Origin: Alphaproteobacteria bacterium UBA998
GTDB taxonomy: Bacteria > Pseudomonadota > Alphaproteobacteria > Rickettsiales > UBA998
Direction of reading: 5' to 3'
Length of the DNA: 64,000 bases
Assembly (NCBI GenBank): GCA_002291925.1
Contig: DBAY01000024.1
Coordinates: 1,078 to 65,077 of the forward strand
Shown here one piece after another: positions 38,877 through 46,413 of this stretch (position 1 is the stretch's first letter; each line of letters opens with the position of its first letter). Both the position numbers and the translations under genes were made by a program. The notes below the pieces were generated by a model. That model did not search any database, had not been told where the DNA came from, and saw only the letters and a list, made by a program, of their open reading frames with translations.

Positions 38877-38973
38877 ATTTCTCTACCTTCTTGGATGGGC
38901 CGCTGCGCTTGAGCACGCGTTGGCAATGATGTAAGCACGTCCTGTGCACAACGCCCACGCTACGTCAGAATTT

Positions 38974-38988
38974 TTAAAACTGGGTTAA
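38974..38988. promoter_or_regulatory. candidate CtrA-type box TTAA-N7-TTAA upstream of cheY
   Basis: ttaaaactgggttaa lies about 100 bp upstream of the cheY start. On the cheY strand it reads TTAACCCAGTTTTAA. The CtrA consensus TTAA-N7-TTAAC is established in Caulobacter and other alphaproteobacteria. A single site could arise by chance in this AT-rich spacer. Confidence 0.3.
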
Positions 38989-39064
38989 TGAGCGCTAAAT
39001 TTTATCAGAATGGTGCGCTGCGAGGTGTTTTCTGCCCAAGTTATTTATATCACTGGAAGAATCC

Positions 39065-39520
39065 ATGCGCCTGACCTTTGATGAGGTGGCGCTAGTGCAA
39101 TTCGGCCAGCGGCTGGCGGGCGATTTGGCCCCCGGCGACTGCCTGACGCTGCAAGGGCCGCTCGGTGCCGGCAAAAGCACTTTGGCCCGCGCCATCATCC
39201 AGCAGCTCACACACGAGGAGGAGGTGCCAAGCCCCACCTTCACGCTGGTGCAGATGTATGAGGCCCCCGGCTTCACGCTCTGGCATTACGATCTCTACCG
39301 GCTGGAGCATCCGTCGGAGCTGGCCGAGCTGGCTATTGACGAAGCCTTGGGGCAGGGGGTATGCCTGATCGAGTGGCCAGAGATTGCCTTGCCTTTCCTG
39401 CCTTCCGGGCGTTTGGCTGTAAGGCTTTCCCCCGGCGACACGGAGACATCACGAACGATCGAACTGGAAGGACCCTCCCGATGGCAGCAACGATGGCCGC
39501 ACTGGATACTTCCCGCCTGA
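39065..39520 (+). CDS. tsaE: tRNA threonylcarbamoyladenosine biosynthesis protein TsaE
   Basis: Walker A LQGPLGAGKSTLARAII, SPTFTLVQ.Y, HYDLYRL....E. Confidence 0.9.
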   Translation: MRLTFDEVALVQFGQRLAGDLAPGDCLTLQGPLGAGKSTLARAIIQQLTHEEEVPSPTFTLVQMYEAPGFTLWHYDLYRLEHPSELAELAIDEALGQGVCLIEWPEIALPFLPSGRLAVRLSPGDTETSRTIELEGPSRWQQRWPHWILPA

Positions 39521-40548
39521 CCCGCGAGGACGCCATCCGCGCCTTTCTCGCCCGCGCCGGGTGGGCGGATGCGGCGCGCGATCCCATTCCCGGCGATGCG
39601 TCCTTTCGCCGTTATGAGCGTCTGCGACGCGGGGCGGAATCGGCCATCCTGATGGATGCGCCGCCGGAGCGCGAGAACACCCGCGCCTTCGTCAATGCCC
39701 AGCGCTATTTCGCCCATGCTGGCTACAGCGCCCCCACCATCCTTTTCGATGGCGCGGAGAAGGGTCTGCTGCTGCTGGAAGATTTCGGCGATGAGTCCGT
39801 TAGCTCCCGCCTGCGCGCCGCCCCGCAGGAGGAAGGCGCCATTTATGCGGATGCGGTGACGCTGCTGGCCGGCGTGGCAGGGCAGGGACTCACGCATTTG
39901 GAAACCTCCGGCTGCCATTTTGCGCCTTACGATGCGGCGCTGCTGGAGCAGGAGGTGATGCTGCTCGCCCAATGGCTGCTGCCCGAGATTCTGCCGGTGG
40001 GGCAGGCGGTGGAGGCGGTCGAAGCGTATGCGGAGACATGGCGCGGCCTGCTGGCGCAGGCCGAACTGGCCCCGCAGGTGGTGACGCATCGCGATTACCA
40101 TGCTGATAATCTTTTCCTGCTGGCGAACCGGCAAGGCGTCGCGCGGATCGGGCTGCTCGATTTTCAGGATGCGGTGCTGGGCCGCCCGGCCTATGACCTT
40201 GTCTCCCTGCTCGAGGATGCGCGCCGTGATGTCGCGCCCGGCGTGGTGGCGGAAAACCTCGCGCGCTTCGCCGCGCTCACCGGCGTGGATGAAGCCGCAC
40301 TGCTTCGTGAGTATGCGTTCTACGGCGCGCAACGTAACGCCAAGATTCTCGGCATCTTCACGCGGCTTTATCGCCGCGATGGCAAGCCGCGCTATCTCGG
40401 CATGGTGCCGCGCGTGTGGCGTTATTTCGAGCACAACCTCACCCACCCGGCGCTCGCTCCGCTGAAGGCGTGGCGTGAGCGCTACATCACCCCACCCATT
40501 GAGGCGCGCATCCTGCATCTGCAGCAGGCGCTGACGGGCGAGGCATGA
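39481..40548 (+). CDS. amgK: aminoglycoside phosphotransferase-fold kinase, AmgK-like (anomeric MurNAc/GlcNAc kinase)
   Basis: Kinase-fold motifs are GDASFRRYERL, HRDYHADNL and LLDFQDA. The conserved tsaE-kinase-nucleotidyltransferase arrangement supports the call. The AmgK/MurU function is by analogy to the Pseudomonas recycling pathway. The start could be 39481 or 39493. Confidence 0.6.
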   Translation: MAATMAALDTSRLTREDAIRAFLARAGWADAARDPIPGDASFRRYERLRRGAESAILMDAPPERENTRAFVNAQRYFAHAGYSAPTILFDGAEKGLLLLEDFGDESVSSRLRAAPQEEGAIYADAVTLLAGVAGQGLTHLETSGCHFAPYDAALLEQEVMLLAQWLLPEILPVGQAVEAVEAYAETWRGLLAQAELAPQVVTHRDYHADNLFLLANRQGVARIGLLDFQDAVLGRPAYDLVSLLEDARRDVAPGVVAENLARFAALTGVDEAALLREYAFYGAQRNAKILGIFTRLYRRDGKPRYLGMVPRVWRYFEHNLTHPALAPLKAWRERYITPPIEARILHLQQALTGEA

Positions 40549-41288
40549 GCCGTATCCGCCGCGCCATGGTCCTGGCGGCGGGGCGCGGTCAGCGCCTGCG
40601 TCCGCTTACCGATACCCGCCCGAAGCCGATGGTGGAGGTGGGCGGCCGCGCTATGATCGACCGCCAGCTCGACCTGCTGGAGGCCTATGGCATCGAGGAA
40701 GCGGTGTTGAACACCTCGTGGCTGGGCGAGATGCTGCAACGCCATCTTTCCACACGCACTCGTCCGCACCTGAATTTCTCGCCGGAGGAAACGCTGCTGG
40801 AGACCGGCGGTGGCATTGCGCGCGCGCTGCCCCTGCTGGGCGAGGCACCTTTCTTTGCCGTCAACAGCGATGTCATTCTGCTCGATGGCCCGACGCGCCC
40901 GGCGCTGGAACGCCTTGCCGACGCGTGGAACCCGGAAACGATGGATGCCCTGCTGCTGCTGCAACCCAAATCCCGCGCTATCGGCTTCGAGGGGACAGGT
41001 GATTTCTTTCTGGAATCCGATGGCCTGACGCCCCGCCGCCGCGGCGATGCCGCCGAAGCGCCCTACATTTTCACCGGCACGCAAATCCTCCACCCGCGCC
41101 TGTTTGATGGGGCGCCGGAGGGAGCCTTTTCCATGAACCTGTTCTATGACCGCCACCGTGATGGGCAGGGCGTGCTGCACCGCGTTGCGGCGCTTGTCCA
41201 TGATGGCGACTGGCTGCATGTGGGCGACCCGGCCGGACTGGCGCAGGCGGAGGCCTATTTCATTAATGCGTCGGCTACCGTTACGTAG
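40545..41288 (+). CDS. murU: nucleotidyltransferase, MurU-like (MurNAc-1-P uridylyltransferase)
   Basis: AMVLAAGRGQRLRPLTDTRPKPMV is a sugar-1-P nucleotidyltransferase N-terminal motif. The start overlaps the AmgK-like stop. Confidence 0.6.
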   Translation: MSRIRRAMVLAAGRGQRLRPLTDTRPKPMVEVGGRAMIDRQLDLLEAYGIEEAVLNTSWLGEMLQRHLSTRTRPHLNFSPEETLLETGGGIARALPLLGEAPFFAVNSDVILLDGPTRPALERLADAWNPETMDALLLLQPKSRAIGFEGTGDFFLESDGLTPRRRGDAAEAPYIFTGTQILHPRLFDGAPEGAFSMNLFYDRHRDGQGVLHRVAALVHDGDWLHVGDPAGLAQAEAYFINASATVT

Positions 41289-41291
41289 TGC

Positions 41292-42191
41292 CTAGTAATT
41301 ATTCGCATTGATGATGCCTGGATCGATGTCGATTCCCTCGGAGGGAACGTCCAAAACAGCAGCTTCAGAAAATCCGTTCAAATCATACTCCGAGAGAAGG
41401 TTCCCGCCCGCGTCACGGACTTGAACCCAATTATCTAGAGTTGTCGTAATGACCGACCCCGCATCAACCGCGACACTGGTGCCATCAGGAAGGCGCAGCA
41501 AGGTATTCCCTGCGACTGAAATTGGGTTGCGAAGTGATGAGATTCCGGGGAAACCGGGCGCACTCGCTCCTGCGCCTACCGAAACGCTCTGGACCCCTGT
41601 CATCGCGGCACTTCCGTTGACCCGAACACCATTGGGGCCTGCGCAGGCCGATCCACCGATAGCGCCAAGGCCGCACACATTTACATTGCCGGATATGCAG
41701 GAACCTGTGATCCCTCCGCGAATATTCGCCGTCAGGTTCTGCAGGCAGGAAAGTACGTTAGGAAACGGAAAGGAGGTGAAAATATTGATGGAAGGCGGCC
41801 CGTAACTCGCTCCCCCGGCACCGCTTTTATTACAGGCGAACTTTGCTCCACTGTCTGACTCGCCGCCGGGCTTCGTGTTGGAGGTGGCATATGAGCATCC
41901 TTCACCAGCATAGTGAGGCATGGATTCTTTCGCCGTCTTGAGTCCGGCATGTATGGTGCCGCCGGTGCCCATTTCATTTGCGCCTGATTGACGTTCCGCG
42001 CCAGTGCCGCCCCGAATAATCCACTCTTTCGGAGGGTCATAGCCATCAGCAATGCATTTGCGGATCAGGTTGGGATCGAGATTTTGGGATTCATTGATGT
42101 TGGTGCTTCCCAACGAGGTGCATGAGGCGGCAACCGCGCCAGAACCCCAAAACCCGGCGAGAATGAAAGATACCAGTAAGAACGGCTTCAT
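41292..42191 (-). CDS. secreted Gly/Cys-rich hypothetical protein (299 aa), no recognisable family
   Basis: Signal peptide (MKPFLLVSFILAGFWGSGAVAA). I count 8 Cys. It has Gly/Ser/Asn-rich stretches (GGITGSCISGNVNVCGLGAIGGSACAGPNG). It lies 9 bp downstream of the 836-aa gene on the same strand, in sequence that is visibly AT-richer than the flanks. Confidence 0.7.
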   Translation of the reverse strand: MKPFLLVSFILAGFWGSGAVAASCTSLGSTNINESQNLDPNLIRKCIADGYDPPKEWIIRGGTGAERQSGANEMGTGGTIHAGLKTAKESMPHYAGEGCSYATSNTKPGGESDSGAKFACNKSGAGGASYGPPSINIFTSFPFPNVLSCLQNLTANIRGGITGSCISGNVNVCGLGAIGGSACAGPNGVRVNGSAAMTGVQSVSVGAGASAPGFPGISSLRNPISVAGNTLLRLPDGTSVAVDAGSVITTTLDNWVQVRDAGGNLLSEYDLNGFSEAAVLDVPSEGIDIDPGIINANNY

Positions 42192-42200
42192 CCGCGTGCC

Positions 42201-44711
42201 CTAATTCCTGACGTCGGTGTGAATATTGTAGCGCTTTACCCGGTCCCACAGCGGTTCGACGCAGTCATTAAGCTGGGGGTCCACGCATTTTTCCGTATGC
42301 CTGCCTACGTTCTTCAAACGGTCACGAATCCAGTTAGGCAAGGCGTCCTTGTAGAGATTGAAACTCTCTCCCATTCCCATATCCTGTGTGTTTCCGCAGG
42401 CATCAGGAAATTTTCCGTGGTTGTGGGCAACCACTCGAATGAACTGTTCTCCGGGTGCACCGTCGGGGCCTCCCGTAGAACCACCGCCCGATTGTCCCTC
42501 ATTCCTGGCGCGATTGTTATCGGTTTCCGTAACATACGCCACGTATGGCAAACGCCACACCGAATCATCGCCGGTGGTGCTTTCGCCGCGCTCGCTTCCG
42601 CTTTGCATGACTTCCGCGTCGAAGATCAGTACATCGCCCTGTTTTGCATTATCAAGGCCGGTTTCTATAGCCGGGCTTCCACTCCCAAAGTAAGGAAAAC
42701 GGTTGCCGGGGTCGATGTCCATCACGTAACCGCGCCATGCTTTAGGCCATGGTACGGTCATGTACCTGTCCATCCTTTTATCTGCCGGATTGGGCACTCT
42801 GAGCTGAGGTGCCGCCCCCGCCATATCAAGCACAAACTGCTCCGTGTCGTCCGGCTTGTTAACGATTTCGTTGCGCGGCAGGCAATAGAGCCCTTTGCGC
42901 ATGGCGTTCACCTGATAGAGCTTGAGCTCCATCCAGTCCGTAATGGGGCTGGGATTAGGAACACCCAGGCGCCCCAAACTGCCACCGAGCAGACAGCTCT
43001 GGCCCTCTCTGCCCGCGCCCATGATAGCCCAGCGCGATCCGGCACTCGAATTCAGCGGATCGTCTCCACTAGATAAGTCAAGACCACATTCCTGTCCCGT
43101 GTCCCAGCAGCGCATGTAGGGGCGGTGGTTCTTGAAATAGCTGTCGAATCGGTAACCGTGTGGCACGCCATGGGGGAAATTATTCTCGCCGGAAGGACTT
43201 GGTTGGGTATCACGCATCTTCAAGGCATTGACTGGAACTACCGGTTTTGCAAGAAATTCGCACGTCCGCCGGATGGACATCATGGGCTCGACCAGATTGT
43301 CGCACACTGGGCTGATGATGGGAGCGTTTGGTTTGTCCCATTCCGTAGAGCAGCAGTAGCCTCTCCCCGTACATCCCCACAGGTTCCAGCATCGAATGAA
43401 TCTTCCGCACCACATTGACCTGGTGGCCACATTGAAAGCGATACGGGCGTAGATCAGGCGCTCGAAACGGGCGCGCCGCCATTCCATCACATCGACGGGA
43501 ATGATATTGTCTCTATACCCGCCCGAGCACCGCACGGAGTTGAGCCCATCGCCATAGCCATAAGCTCTGGTCGCAGGTGAATACTGTGCCCGCTCGTTGA
43601 ATTTATAGTCCCAACGTGGAGAAAAGGGGTGGCTGGGGTCGATGATTCTTTCAAGCTGCAGGTGATCAGCCGCCAGATCAGACAGTTCGGTGTGGCCAAA
43701 CGAACCTACCGGCGGATCGATTGACTTGGTAATCCGGATGTTGTGACCATTACTTCCAGAGCCGTAATTAGGCTCAGCCGGAGCTTCGCCATTTCTTAAC
43801 AAGTAATTGGAATTGCTCAGAAGCTTGCGCCATGCCACCACGTAATACCAGTCAGCGGCATATTCCTGATCCACTCTGCTCACAGGAATCATGCGCAACG
43901 GCTGACAGGTTTGATTGCTGTAGGTCGGTACCGCGCTTTGAGGCTCATGGGCAATATTGGTATAACGTGCATTTTGCTGAAGAATATACTGGTTCACACA
44001 GTTATCCATCTCCAGTCGCTGCCACTCCGGGCTATAGGGATCGCGGCCAACGCTGGTGGATTCCACCATTCTTTCACAGCTGGTGGCTGACGAGCCCTGC
44101 GTGGGCTGGTTCAAACGGGAATTATAGCGGAAAAGGTTATAGGTGCCGCGGTACAAGGGCCCGATGTAGGGACTATAGGAACCTGCCTGCTTGCGTATCT
44201 CTATTAGCTTCTCTTCTGCTCCGGAGAATTCCGATTTAGATGGATTTTGGATACTGATGTAGTACCATTCGTTCAATTCAAGTGGTGAATAAAGCGGTGT
44301 AGTTTTATGCCTGATAGGCATGTTGGGTTTGGATTGCGACCCGTAGACCTTGCTTGTTGTTGTCAGTTCGTCCTTCTGGTATTGTCTGTCCTCTGCGCCA
44401 AAACTGTTGTTGAAGTAGAAATTCCTGTTAAGCAGCATGTTGATTTCATAACGCACTGCCCGCATATCGGTTAGGCTTCCGAGTATTTTAGGATCAACGG
44501 CTTTGGCGATCTCATTGTTGTCCAAGACATAGGAGCCGTCATTAAAACCACCGCCTGAACCGGATGAACCAATCACGTTTCCTGTGCTGCCGCTGACAGC
44601 CCCGCCGCCGCCATCGCCACCTGGATCGGCTGCGAGAGAGAAAGAGAAAAGCGAAATGCATCCAAAGCTGGTGAGTAGGAACCAAGGAGCTTTCACTGAC
44701 TTTCTGGGCAT
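42201..44711 (-). CDS. secreted Cys/Trp/Tyr-rich hypothetical protein (836 aa), no recognisable family
   Basis: Signal peptide (..WFLLTSFGCISLFSFSLAADP), then a Gly-rich tract (GGDGGGGAVSGSTGNVIGSSGSGGG). I count about 18 Cys in the mature part, including the cluster WCGRFIRCWNLWGCTGRGYCCSTEW. It is a long uninterrupted ORF in AT-richer DNA, where random long ORFs are less likely. Confidence 0.75.
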   Translation of the reverse strand: MPRKSVKAPWFLLTSFGCISLFSFSLAADPGGDGGGGAVSGSTGNVIGSSGSGGGFNDGSYVLDNNEIAKAVDPKILGSLTDMRAVRYEINMLLNRNFYFNNSFGAEDRQYQKDELTTTSKVYGSQSKPNMPIRHKTTPLYSPLELNEWYYISIQNPSKSEFSGAEEKLIEIRKQAGSYSPYIGPLYRGTYNLFRYNSRLNQPTQGSSATSCERMVESTSVGRDPYSPEWQRLEMDNCVNQYILQQNARYTNIAHEPQSAVPTYSNQTCQPLRMIPVSRVDQEYAADWYYVVAWRKLLSNSNYLLRNGEAPAEPNYGSGSNGHNIRITKSIDPPVGSFGHTELSDLAADHLQLERIIDPSHPFSPRWDYKFNERAQYSPATRAYGYGDGLNSVRCSGGYRDNIIPVDVMEWRRARFERLIYARIAFNVATRSMWCGRFIRCWNLWGCTGRGYCCSTEWDKPNAPIISPVCDNLVEPMMSIRRTCEFLAKPVVPVNALKMRDTQPSPSGENNFPHGVPHGYRFDSYFKNHRPYMRCWDTGQECGLDLSSGDDPLNSSAGSRWAIMGAGREGQSCLLGGSLGRLGVPNPSPITDWMELKLYQVNAMRKGLYCLPRNEIVNKPDDTEQFVLDMAGAAPQLRVPNPADKRMDRYMTVPWPKAWRGYVMDIDPGNRFPYFGSGSPAIETGLDNAKQGDVLIFDAEVMQSGSERGESTTGDDSVWRLPYVAYVTETDNNRARNEGQSGGGSTGGPDGAPGEQFIRVVAHNHGKFPDACGNTQDMGMGESFNLYKDALPNWIRDRLKNVGRHTEKCVDPQLNDCVEPLWDRVKRYNIHTDVRN

Positions 44712-44743
44712 AGCATCCGCACTTGCAGTAAACGTTTGTCATT

Positions 44744-44822
44744 AAACTGTAACATTGGAACATTTCATTTTTGTTACAGTTTTGTCGAAATTTTAAAACT
44801 TGCAGTCTAATTTACTGTAAAA
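44744..44822. promoter_or_regulatory. AT-rich divergent control region with ACTGTAA-type repeats
   Basis: There is a perfect 11-bp inverted repeat, aaactgtaaca (44744-44754) and tgttacagttt (44772-44782). A third related copy, ttactgtaaaa (44812-44822), abuts the VirB8-like start. The motif acttgcagt occurs twice (44721 and 44798). Confidence 0.4.
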
Positions 44823-45599
44823 ATGAGACCGCTCACCGGACCATGGATACTATTTATTATTGTTATGAGCGTTGACGATCAGGACATTTCCGCAGCCCTC
44901 GAAGACGGCTCATACTTCCAGGCGGCGCGGCGCTGGTATTCGGACATCTACATCTCCGTCATCTCCCAGCGCTATTTCTTCATCATCCTGACCACCCTTG
45001 CGGCCCTCACGGGCCTGCTCGCGCTCATCGGCATCCTGCGCCTCATGCCGCTGACGCCGCGCGCGCCGTTCCTCTATGAGGCGGATGACGCATTCAACCA
45101 GATTCCCATCGTGCGCCCCATCAAGACCTACCGCACACAGGACATCAACGATGCGCTGCGACGGTTTTTCCTCAATGAATACGTCCAGCAGCGCGAGGGC
45201 TATAGCAGTGACTCCGTCACCCGGCGGATCAACTTCGTGCGCAACCACAGCGACCGGAACACCTTCGCGCGCTACGGCGCCTACATGGATGTACGCAATC
45301 CGCGCAGCCCGGTGCAGGAACTGGGCATCTATTCCACCAAGCTGACGCGCATCGAAAGCTCACAGGTCACGCTTCAACCTATAACGAACCGGCAGAATTA
45401 CTGGCTGGCCAGCATTCCGTTCAGCGTTACCATCAATGGCCAGCAGACCACGCGCACCACAAATTTCCGCGCGGACGTCACCTTCTTTTATAAAGATTTG
45501 ATTGTCGAGCAGACAAGGGATATGGAGGAAGATAAGCCGTTTGACATTACGCCCATGCGTTTTATCGTGACGGATTATAAGGTCAGGCAGTTCAGGTAG
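44823..45599 (+). CDS. VirB8/TrbF-superfamily-like bitopic inner-membrane protein
   Basis: The architecture is a short cytoplasmic N-terminus (SYFQAARRWYSD), one TM segment (YFFIILTTLAALTGLLALIGIL..PL) and a roughly 170-aa periplasmic domain ending in P.RFIVTDYKV, comparable to the NPLGF.VT.Y ending of VirB8. It lies immediately upstream of a VirB9 homologue. The ATG at 44865 is an alternative start. Confidence 0.6.
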   Translation: MRPLTGPWILFIIVMSVDDQDISAALEDGSYFQAARRWYSDIYISVISQRYFFIILTTLAALTGLLALIGILRLMPLTPRAPFLYEADDAFNQIPIVRPIKTYRTQDINDALRRFFLNEYVQQREGYSSDSVTRRINFVRNHSDRNTFARYGAYMDVRNPRSPVQELGIYSTKLTRIESSQVTLQPITNRQNYWLASIPFSVTINGQQTTRTTNFRADVTFFYKDLIVEQTRDMEEDKPFDITPMRFIVTDYKVRQFR

Positions 45600-45621
45600 C
45601 TGATTCAAGGATAGGGGCCGT

Positions 45622-46413
45622 ATGAACAAGGCGTTTTGGGCGATTACTGCATTGCTTTTCCTCCATGCCCTGCCCGCTTCCGCGCTGCAGGAGCCGCGCC
45701 CTCTCGCCACGGACCGCCGCATCCAGACCGTGCGCTACAGCGCCAACGAGATCTATGATTTCATCGGCCATTACGGCTACCAGTCCATCATCGAATTTGC
45801 CCCCGATGAAGAGATCTCCACCGTTTCGCTCGGCGATTCCATCGCCTGGCAGGTGAACCCGGTCGGCTCGCGGCTGTTCCTGAAGCCCGTGGAGCAGGAT
45901 GCGCTGACCAACATGTCGGTCATCACCAACAAGCGCACCTACCATTTCGAACTGCATGCCGAGGAGACGGAAAACATCCGCGACAAGGACATGATCTTCC
46001 TGCTGCGCTTCATCTATCCGGATGATTACGCAGGTGATTATTCCAATTTCGTCAATGAAGATCCGCTGCCAGACCTTACCGATCCGGAGGTGCTGAAAAC
46101 GCTCAACTTCAATTACTCCATCGTTGGCAACGATGTCGCAGCTCCTATCCGCATCTTCGATGACGGAGAATTCACTTACATGGAATTCAAAGACGTCAAT
46201 GGCGATATTCCGGCAATTTTCTGGGTGGATTCGGGCGGTGAGGAGAACCTCGTCAACTTCCGCAAGAACGGGAGTTATATTGTCATCGAGCGTGTGACGT
46301 CGCAATTCACTCTTCGCAGTGGCCCGGACGTGATGTGTGTCTTCAATGAAAGCCGGCCGCTACCGCCGCGTACTCCGCCGACGCCGGAGCGCGACTGGTG
46401 GGAATTCTTCTAA
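45622..46413 (+). CDS. virB9: type IV secretion system protein VirB9/TrbG family
   Basis: Signal peptide. The N-domain reads DRRIQTVRYSANEIYDFIGHYGYQSIIEFAPDEEISTVSLGDSIAWQVNPVGSRLFLKPVEQDALTNMSVITNKRTYHFEL. The C-domain reads NFNYSIVGN...PIRIFDDGEFTYMEFKD...PAIFWVDSGGEENLVNFR. Both match the VirB9/CagX/TrbG consensus as I know it. Confidence 0.8.
   Translation: MNKAFWAITALLFLHALPASALQEPRPLATDRRIQTVRYSANEIYDFIGHYGYQSIIEFAPDEEISTVSLGDSIAWQVNPVGSRLFLKPVEQDALTNMSVITNKRTYHFELHAEETENIRDKDMIFLLRFIYPDDYAGDYSNFVNEDPLPDLTDPEVLKTLNFNYSIVGNDVAAPIRIFDDGEFTYMEFKDVNGDIPAIFWVDSGGEENLVNFRKNGSYIVIERVTSQFTLRSGPDVMCVFNESRPLPPRTPPTPERDWWEFF

Noticed and set aside
38921-38937. Sigma-54-like TGGCA...AGCA string (tggcaatgatgtaagca) in the cheY/tsaE spacer, and a TGGCAAAATTTTCC string at 31646-31659.
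   Set aside because: The GG-to-GC spacing and the -12 element do not fit TGGCAC-N5-TTGC. The orientation relative to the flagellar and che genes is not convincing either.
41292-42191. Lipoprotein call for the 299-aa protein based on AVAASC.
   Set aside because: The -3 position is Ala rather than Leu/Val/Ile, so it does not satisfy the usual lipobox. I left it as a generic signal peptide.
42201-42750. The C-terminal roughly 180 aa of the 836-aa protein look superficially like a CHAP/NlpC-P60 hydrolase (AKQGDVLIFDAE...LPYVAYVTE...RVVAHNHG). That would be a neat VirB1-like function.
   Set aside because: I cannot align a catalytic Cys/His pair with any confidence. The expected GHVA-type His is a Tyr here. 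This is too speculative to annotate and needs a profile or structure search.
44744-44782. Resemblance of the ctgtaaca...tgttacag inverted repeat to the gammaproteobacterial LexA SOS box (CTGT-N8-ACAG).
   Set aside because: The half-sites are spaced about 17 nt apart, not 8. In addition, alphaproteobacterial LexA recognises a different direct-repeat motif (GTTC-N7-GTTC type). I kept it only as a generic operator candidate.
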